From Flectonema sp. DT1601 (taxonomy: Eukaryota): a DNA stretch of 64,000 bases. The notes under the pieces were generated by a model, which searched no databases, had not been told where the DNA came from, and was given only the letters and a program-made list of their open reading frames with translations. Positions within the stretch are counted from its first letter, which is position 1; each line of letters starts with the position of its first letter. Location of the stretch: the NCBI GenBank assembly GCA_964019425.1, contig OZ025804.1, positions 558,001 to 622,000 on the forward strand, given 5' to 3'. Below are positions 55,335 to 64,000 of the stretch, piece by piece. The position numbers were made by a program, and so were the translations under genes.

Positions 55335-58300
55335 GAAAGAAAAAAATGAAGAGGAAATAATCAAACATGAAAAAAAAAAAAAAGAAAAAATATATATCAG
55401 TCATTCCTTTTTTTTGCGAACAAATTTTGGACATTGAAAAAAATTTTCAAAAAAAAATTGTAAAATTTTCGATCGAAGCGGCATTTTAATGCGCTGCATC
55501 ATTGGGTTCATTTCCGTCCGAAATCGGGAGGTTGGCATCACATACTTGTCACCCGAATTGAGAAAAGAGATTTTGTGGTTTACTAAATCAGCTCAGCCGT
55601 GGACAAGTACCAAAACTAAAAATTAATCGAAGGTTCTAATTTTACACTGCTGGTCCAGCGGGATCCAGAGAAAAAATAATCGAGCAAAAATATATTAAAG
55701 AGTACTAAGCATGTGCCGGTGAGGCAGATTGTTACTACCTGTCTTTTTGGACCTACTTTGATACTTAATGATCATTATCACCACCACAGATGCAACATTT
55801 TCCTTACATAATTGCTACTAGGGTTGATTTGTTAGTAAAAAGGTGCATATCTCTTGAGTGCGGGAGAAGGGGGAAAAAATAGTGAAAAAAAAAAAATTAG
55901 GGGTGTTTTTTACTCAGATTTTCTCGATCTTTCCATTCCAGGTCTGGGATTAATATTTATCATTGAGTAGTACCAAGGAAATTTTGCAAAGAGACGTTTA
56001 TCTCTTTTTAGCAGCACTTACCATGTTTAAAAGTATATCCCTATGCCTAATTTTACAGATCGCACCCTCCCCGATTCCAAAAAATAAAAAATCGAGCAAA
56101 AGTAACATATCGTGTAACCTTGCTCAGGCGGTGAGAAAATGGTGTTTTTTGTTCGCAAAAAAAAGGAATGACTGATATATATAAATAAAAAACGTTGTAT
56201 GAAAAAGGAAAAAAAAGAAAAAAAAAAAGACCAGAAAAGGAAAGAGAAAATGAAAAGGTATAATATTATTGTGGGGATATGAGGGATAGCAGGGAGATGC
56301 TCTTTTTTTTTTTTTTTTTTTTTTCTTATTTATTATTTAAAAAAAGGAAACAATCAGTTTAGCGTCTCGATCAGGACGGAAAATAGAAATTAATCGACAT
56401 AGTCGATCGATAGAAAAAAAAAAAACAGTGATAACATTGTTTATTCATTTTTTTTTTTTTTTTTTTTTTAAATCTTTTTAATTATTTTAAAGAAAAAACA
56501 ATCAGTTTAGCGTCTTGATCAGGACGGAAAATAGTAAGTAATCGACATAGTCGATCGATAAAAAAAAACAATGATAACATTGTTTATTCCTTTTTTTTTT
56601 TTTTTATTCTTTTTATTTATTTTTAAAGAAAAAACAATCAGTTTAGCGTCCTGACCAGGACGGAAAATAGAAAGTAATCGACATAGTCGATCGATAAAAA
56701 AAACAATGATAACATTGTTTATTCTTTTTTTTTTTTTTAATTTAATTCTTTTTATTTATTTTTAAAAAGAAAAAAAAATGGAAAATAGAAATTAGTCAAC
56801 AAAGTCGAACGATAAAAAAAACAATGATAACATTGTTTATTCTTTTTTTTTTTTTTTTTTTTATATTCTTTTTTATTAATTTTGAAAAAAAAAACAATCA
56901 GTTTAGCGTCTTGACCAGGACGGAAAATAGAAAGTAATCGACATAGTCGATCGATAAAAAAAACAATGATAACATTGTTTATTCTTTTTTTTTTTTTTAA
57001 TTTAATTCTTTTTATTTATTTTTAAAAAGAAAAAAAAATGGAAAATAGAAATTAGTCAACAAAGTCGAACGATAAAAAAAACAATGATAACATTGTTTAT
57101 TCTTTTTTTTTGTTTTAATTTAATTCTTTTTATTTATTTTTAAAAAGAAAAAAAAATGGAAAATAGAAATTAGTCAACAAAGTCGAACGATAAAAAAAAC
57201 AATGATAACATTGTTTATTCTTTTTTTTTTTTTTTTTTTTTATATTCTTTTTTATTAATTTTGAAAAAAAAAACAATCAGTTTAGCGTCTTGACCAGGAC
57301 GGAAAATAGAAAGTAATCGACATAGTCGATCGATAAAAAAAACAATGATAACATTGTTTATTCTTTTTTTTTTTTTTTTTTTAAATTCTTTTTATTTATT
57401 TTTTAAAGAAAAAAAACGGAAAATAGAAATTAGTCGACAAAGTCGAACGATAAAAAAAAACAATGATAACATTGTTTATTCTATTTTTTTGTATTTTATG
57501 TTATCATTGTTTTTTTATCGATCGACTATGTCGATCACTTTCTATTTTCCGTCCTGGTCAAGACGCTAAACTGATTGTTTTTTTTTTTCAAAATTAATAA
57601 AAAAGAATATAAAAAAAAAATACAAAAAAAAAGAATAAACAATGTTATCATTGTTTTTTTTTATCGTTCGACTTTGTCGACTAATTTCTATTTTCCGTTT
57701 TTTTCTTTAAAAAATAAATAAAAAGAATTTAAAATAAAAAAAAAGAATAAACAATGTTATCATTGTTTTTTTATCGATCGACTATGTCGATTACTTTCTA
57801 TTTTCCGTCCTGGTCAAGACGCTAAACTGATTGTTTTTTTTTTTCAAAATTAATAAAAAAGAATATAAAAAAAAAATACAAAAAAAAAGAATAAACAATG
57901 TTATCATTGTTTTTTTTTATCGTTCGACTTTGTCGACTAATTTCTATTTTCCGTTTTTTTCTTTAAAAAATAAATAAAAAAAAAGAATAAACAATGTTAT
58001 CATTGTTTTTTTATCGATCGACTATGTCGATCACTTTCTATTTTCCGTCCTGGTCAAGACGCTCTGATTGTTTTTTTTTTTTTTTCTTCGAAATCAATAA
58101 AAATGAATAGAAAATAAAAAAAATAAAAAAATAGAATAAACAATGTTATCATTGTTTTTTTATCGTTCGACTTTGTCGACTAATTTCTATTTTCCGTTTT
58201 TTTTCTTTAAAAATAAATAAAAAGAATTTAAAATAAAAAAAAAGAATAAACAATGTTATCATTGTTTTTTTATCGATCGACTATGTCGATTACTTTCTAT

Positions 58301-58953
58301 TTTCCGTCCTGGTCAAGACGCTAAACTGATTGTTTTTTTTTCAAAATTAATAAAAAAGAATAGAAAAATAAAATAAAAAATAGAATAAACAATGTTATCA
58401 TTGTTTTTTTTTATCGTTCGACTTTGTCGACTAATTTCTATTTTCCATTTTTTTCTTTAAAAATTAATAAAAAGAATTTAAAATAAAAAAAAAGAATAAA
58501 CAATATTATCATTGTTTTTTTTTATCAATCGACTATGTCGATCACTTTCTATTTTCCGTCCTGGTCAAGACGCTAAACTGATTGTTTTTTTTTTTCAAAA
58601 TTAATAAAAAAGAATATAAAAAAAATACAAAAAAATAGAATAAACAATGTTATCATTGTTTTTTTTCTATCGTTCGACTTTGTCGACTAATTTCTATTTT
58701 CCGTTTTTTTTCTTTAAAAAATAAATAAAAAGAATTTAAAATAAAAAAAAAAGAATAAACGGAATTTCGATAAAGTGGGAAGTAACGGACTGGGAGCTTT
58801 TGGCTCCTGCCCTATTCCCGATGTAAACTTTCTTTTTATTTTTATTTTTTTTTAACAGGCCCAAAGGGCGACAATGATGGTTGCTGACCAAGGAATAATA
58901 TTCAAATGAATTTTCGTTTCAAAGAAACGAACAGAATTAAGAGAGAGGCAGAG

Positions 58954-58984
<31 letters not shown>

Positions 58985-61060
58985 GAAAGAAAAAAATGAA
59001 GAGGAAATAATCAAACATGAAAAAAAAAAAAAAGAAAAAATATATATATATAAATAAAAAACGTTGTATGAAAAAGGAAAAAAAAGAAAAAAAAAAAGAC
59101 CAGAAAAGGAAAGAGAAAATGAAAAGGTATAATATTATTGTGGGGATATGAGGGATAGCAGGGAGATGCTCTTTTTTTTTTTTTTTTTTTTTTCTTATTT
59201 ATTATTTAAAAAAAGGAAACAATCAGTTTAGCGTCTCGATCAGGACGGAAAATAGAAATTAATCGACATAGTCGATCGATAGAAAAAAAAAAAACAGTGA
59301 TAACATTGTTTATTCATTTTTTTTTTTTTTTTTTTTTTAAATCTTTTTAATTATTTTAAAGAAAAAACAATCAGTTTAGCGTCTTGATCAGGACGGAAAA
59401 TAGTAAGTAATCGACATAGTCGATCGATAAAAAAAAACAATGATAACATTGTTTATTCCTTTTTTTTTTTTTTTATTCTTTTTATTTATTTTTAAAGAAA
59501 AAACAATCAGTTTAGCGTCCTGACCAGGACGGAAAATAGAAAGTAATCGACATAGTCGATCGATAAAAAAAACAATGATAACATTGTTTATTCTTTTTTT
59601 TTTTTTTAATTTAATTCTTTTTATTTATTTTTAAAAAGAAAAAAAAATGGAAAATAGAAATTAGTCAACAAAGTCGAACGATAAAAAAAACAATGATAAC
59701 ATTGTTTATTCTTTTTTTTTTTTTTTTTTTTATATTCTTTTTTATTAATTTTGAAAAAAAAAACAATCAGTTTAGCGTCTTGACCAGGACGGAAAATAGA
59801 AAGTAATCGACATAGTCGATCGATAAAAAAAACAATGATAACATTGTTTATTCTTTTTTTTTTTTTTAATTTAATTCTTTTTATTTATTTTTAAAAAGAA
59901 AAAAAAATGGAAAATAGAAATTAGTCAACAAAGTCGAACGATAAAAAAAACAATGATAACATTGTTTATTCTTTTTTTTTGTTTTAATTTAATTCTTTTT
60001 ATTTATTTTTAAAAAGAAAAAAAAATGGAAAATAGAAATTAGTCAACAAAGTCGAACGATAAAAAAAACAATGATAACATTGTTTATTCTTTTTTTTTTT
60101 TTTTTTTTTTATATTCTTTTTTATTAATTTTGAAAAAAAAAACAATCAGTTTAGCGTCTTGACCAGGACGGAAAATAGAAAGTAATCGACATAGTCGATC
60201 GATAAAAAAAACAATGATAACATTGTTTATTCTTTTTTTTTTTTTTTTTTTAAATTCTTTTTATTTATTTTTTAAAGAAAAAAAACGGAAAATAGAAATT
60301 AGTCGACAAAGTCGAACGATAAAAAAAAACAATGATAACATTGTTTATTCTATTTTTTTGTATTTTATGTTATCATTGTTTTTTTATCGATCGACTATGT
60401 CGATCACTTTCTATTTTCCGTCCTGGTCAAGACGCTAAACTGATTGTTTTTTTTTTTCAAAATTAATAAAAAAGAATATAAAAAAAAAATACAAAAAAAA
60501 AGAATAAACAATGTTATCATTGTTTTTTTTTATCGTTCGACTTTGTCGACTAATTTCTATTTTCCGTTTTTTTCTTTAAAAAATAAATAAAAAGAATTTA
60601 AAATAAAAAAAAAGAATAAACAATGTTATCATTGTTTTTTTATCGATCGACTATGTCGATTACTTTCTATTTTCCGTCCTGGTCAAGACGCTAAACTGAT
60701 TGTTTTTTTTTTTCAAAATTAATAAAAAAGAATATAAAAAAAAAATACAAAAAAAAAGAATAAACAATGTTATCATTGTTTTTTTTTATCGTTCGACTTT
60801 GTCGACTAATTTCTATTTTCCGTTTTTTTCTTTAAAAAATAAATAAAAAAAAAGAATAAACAATGTTATCATTGTTTTTTTATCGATCGACTATGTCGAT
60901 CACTTTCTATTTTCCGTCCTGGTCAAGACGCTCTGATTGTTTTTTTTTTTTTTTCTTCGAAATCAATAAAAATGAATAGAAAATAAAAAAAATAAAAAAA
61001 TAGAATAAACAATGTTATCATTGTTTTTTTATCGTTCGACTTTGTCGACTAATTTCTATT
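52243..61060. repeat. Higher-order repeat, ~3 copies of a 2869-bp unit (C-D-A forward-A reverse)
   Basis: Unit starts at 52243, 55112 and 58762; inversion points at 53848, 57498 and 60367. The second copy is 781 bp longer because of a MITE. Confidence 0.93.
55398..56174. mobile_element. MITE, 777 bp, ~27-bp TIRs, inserted in a (TA)n tract
   Basis: CAGTCATTCCTTTTTTTTGCGAACAAA ... TTTGTTCGCAAAAAAAAGGAATGACTG. Empty sites in sister units (52522, 59041) have 4 fewer TA-tract bases. Confidence 0.92.
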
Positions 61061-61282
61061 TTCCATTTTTTTCTTTAAAAAAAAAAAAAAATAAATAAAA
61101 AGAATTTAAAATAAAAAAAAAAGAATAAACAATGTTATCATTGTTTTTTATCGATCGACTATGTCGATCACTTTCTATTTTCCGTCCTGGTCAAGACGCT
61201 AAACTGATTGTTTTTTTTTTCTTCAAAATTAATAAAAAGAATAAAAAAAATACAAAAAAAAAGAATAAACAATGTTATCATT

Positions 61283-61846
61283 ACCATGGTGTCCAACTAC
61301 ATTAAAGGACAAGTCTGGGATAATCCCTGCCAGAGGGGCGAGTATTCTACCATGGTTGAAATACTCTGGCAACTGATCTTCAATTTTATGTTGTTTGTTA
61401 GCTGCTGGTGTATCTTGATTATGTGTTGATACTTGCATTTTTTTATTTGTAATCTTCTATTACAATTCTCTTTCTGTTCTGGTGTGTTACTTCATTTGTC
61501 TTGTTTAACTTCAGTTATATGCATTTTACTTTTTATTGTTTCCCATCTACTTTTTATTTTCTATTAGTTCTGGTCAGAAACTCCTGGGCAGCAAGAAGGA
61601 AAGCAGTTTAGTACTTCTGGGTGTTTGGCATCACCCCCCATAGTGAGCAAGTACAACAGGTAGCATTGGTAGTCTTGACATTCTTTCTTTTCTCTCCTGT
61701 TGTGACAAACACAAAATACACACACAGCTTACAGTGTGTTCTTTGTGTATGTTTTCTTCAGGTGTGAGTAGTTTTTTTGTTCTTGCTCTTCAGGGAGGGC
61801 CTTAGCCAAAAGCTAACACTCCAAATCTCACCTGGAAATTCAACTC
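61283..61846 (-). repeat. Repeat family B, partial and internally deleted
   Basis: Matches 41348-41738, then jumps to the segment equivalent to 42006-42178. Confidence 0.88.
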
Positions 61847-62195
61847 GTTTTTTTATCGATCGACTATGTCGATCACTTTCTATTTTCCGTCCTGGTCAAG
61901 ACGCTAAACTGATTGTTTTTTTTTCTTCAAAATTAATAAAAAGAATAAAAAAAATACAAAAAAAAAGAATAAACAATGTTATCATTGTTTTTTTTTATCG
62001 TTCGACTTTGTCGACTAATTTCTATTTTCCGTTTTTTTTTTTCTTTAAAAAATAAATAAAAAGAATTTAAAAAAAAATATAAAAGAATAAACAATGTTAT
62101 CATTGTTTTTTTATCGATCGACTATGTCGATCACTTTCTATTTTCCGTCCTGATCGAGACGCTAAACTGATTGTTTCCTTTTTTTTAAATAATAA

Positions 62196-62230
<35 letters not shown>

Positions 62231-62867
62231 ATTTCCCTGTTATCCTCATATCCCCACAATAATATTATACCTTTTCATTTTCTCTTTCCTTTTCTGGTCT
62301 TTTTTTCTTTTTTTTCTTTTTTTTCCTTTTTCATACAAGGTTTTTTATTTATATTTTATTTTTTTTTTTTTTTATTTTTTCATGTTTGATTATTTCCTCT
62401 TCAAATTTTTTTTTCTTTTCTTTCTTTTTTTTTTTTTCTCTGCCTCTCTCTTAATTCTGTTCGTTTCTTTGAAACGAAAATTCATTTGAATATTATTCCT
62501 TGGTCAGCAACCATCATTGTCGCCCTTTGGGCCTGTTAAAAAAAAATAAAAATAAAAAGAAAGTTTACATCGGGAATAGGGCAGGAGCCAAAAGCTCCCA
62601 GTCCGTTACTTCCCACTTTATCGAAATTCACCGCACTAATATTTCTGCTCAGAATCGATTTTTTTCCAGCTGCATTTTTTTGCTGGTGCCTTACACAGCA
62701 AAAAAGCAACCAAATTTTTTTCTACCACCAACCGGAAAAAACCGCACTAATCTTTTCTCAAAAAAAGCGCACTAATTTTTCCGCGCAGTAATATTTCCCC
62801 GCAGTAATTATTCAGCGCAGTAATATTTCCAGTTGCAGTATTTTTATTTTTTTTTTTTATATTCTTT

Positions 62868-62899
<32 letters not shown>

Positions 62900-63266
62900 A
62901 ATCCTTTTTATTATTTCAAAGAAAAAACAATCAGTTTAGCGTCTTCTACCAGGACGGAAAATAGAAAGTGATCGACATAGTCGATCGATAAAAAAACAAT
63001 GATAACATTGTTTACTCTTTTATATTTTTTTTTATTTTTTTATTTGTTTTTAAAAAAGAAAAAGAAAACAAGCGGAATTGATCATAATGGGTGGTAGGGG
63101 TTGTTATAACTTCGTTTGAAAATTCTTCTTTTTTGATTTCTTTTTTTTTTTTTTTTCTTTTTATAGGAGTTAAGATCACTTCAGGAGACAACACATAAAC
63201 GAGAGCAGCAAGCAGAGTTGACACTATCAATTCAAATTTGAAATACCGGGAATTTATTTACAAGGA

Positions 63267-63361
63267 GGTATCTCAAGTGACTTGGTATCTCTAGCGTGTC
63301 GGTATCTCTGGAGTGCTGGTATCTCGTATGTGCGTTGGTATCTCATGAGTGATGGTATCTC
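63267..63361 (+). repeat. Six GGTATCTC motifs at ~17-bp spacing with variable linkers
   Basis: Motif starts at 63267, 63284, 63301, 63318, 63337 and 63354. Confidence 0.9.
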
Positions 63362-63599
63362 TTGTGCATTAAAGAAACGAAAAAAAATGTCATGACCATG
63401 ACGGAAGAATTGAGGAATTGAGTTAACATGTTCAATTTAACTTATTTAAACTTTTTTTTTTTTTTTAACAGACCGTAACTATTTGAAAATAAAATGTAGA
63501 TGGGAAACAGTGAAAAGTAAAATGGATGATAAAATTAAATGAGAAATATGACATAACAGACCAGATAGAGAGTATTAAAAGGTTAGTTAAAATTAAGAC

Positions 63600-64000
63600 C
63601 GATTAGTCAGTTTAAGGTCTTGACTAGGACCAACAAAAAAAAAAAAAAAATAAATAAATAAATAGATAAATAAATAACGATCAAGCTGAGCTGATCTTGT
63701 TTTTATTAAAATAAGGGGAGCAGGAGGGATGGAAGGATTAAAGGAAAAAAAAAAAGAAAAGGTCGATCAATTGGATCTGAACGTCGAGAAGAAGAAGACA
63801 ATCATTTTAAAGGTCGATCGGCATAGCCGATCGTTGAGAAAAATAAACAGATATAAATACAATCAGTTTAAATTTAAAAAAAAAAAAAAAAAAAGATTAA
63901 CGATCAAGCTGAGCTGATCTTGTTTTTATTAAAATAAGGGGAGCGGGAGGGATGGAAAGAATAAAGGAAAAAAAAAAAAAAAAAAAGTCGATCAATTAGA
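63600..64000 (+). repeat. Diverged palindromic satellite related to A, ~223-bp period, runs off the window
   Basis: cgatcaagctgagctgatcttgtttttattaaaataagggga occurs at 63678 and 63901. It shares caatcagttta and the hairpin layout with satellite A. Confidence 0.75.

Larger units (their letters stand above)
38810..63015. repeat. AT-rich palindromic satellite A (alternating ~120-bp and ~95-bp units) in interrupted blocks of both orientations
   Basis: Core aacaatcagtttag-CGTCTTGACCAGGACG-gaaaatagaaagt-GATCGACATAGTCGATC-gataaaa-AAACAATGATAACATTGTTT-attc, plus a variant with TCGACAAAGTCGA, separated by poly-A/T tracts. Confidence 0.97.

Noticed and set aside
38728..62775. F/K/I-rich ORFs in the satellite and intergenic poly-A/T regions
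   Set aside because: These are translations of homopolymer tracts.
38810..63015. CRISPR array
   Set aside because: The sequences between the palindromes are homologous A/T tracts rather than unique spacers. There are no cas genes and the context is eukaryotic.

Overview
Eukaryotic DNA, most likely a euglenozoan such as a diplonemid. This is an inference from the co-oriented gene cluster, short GT-AG introns and a euglenozoan-like LSU rRNA fragment. Bases 1-32.7 kb hold 12 protein genes, all on the minus strand: a coiled-coil protein, a GRAM-domain protein, NME7, a GFA/CENP-V-like protein, BRR2, a repeat protein, an ABC1/ADCK kinase, an enoyl-CoA hydratase, a multi-TM protein, WDR70, an MlrC/M81 peptidase and a long coiled-coil protein. 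One internally deleted Sola-like TIR transposon interrupts the cluster. Bases 33-64 kb are a repeat domain with no intact host gene. It opens with what looks like a frameshifted Fanzor1 (TnpB-like) nuclease remnant, followed by a structured ~110-nt segment (candidate omega-RNA scaffold) that recurs inside a 1.36-kb repeat family. The remainder is a mosaic in both orientations: a hairpin-built AT-rich satellite with compensatory base changes, a sharply bounded hairpin module, ~2.87-kb foldback higher-order repeats, a MULE-like TIR element carrying a tRNA-like Pol III cassette and an LSU rRNA fragment, and a young MITE. All assignments were made by eye; no database searches were run.
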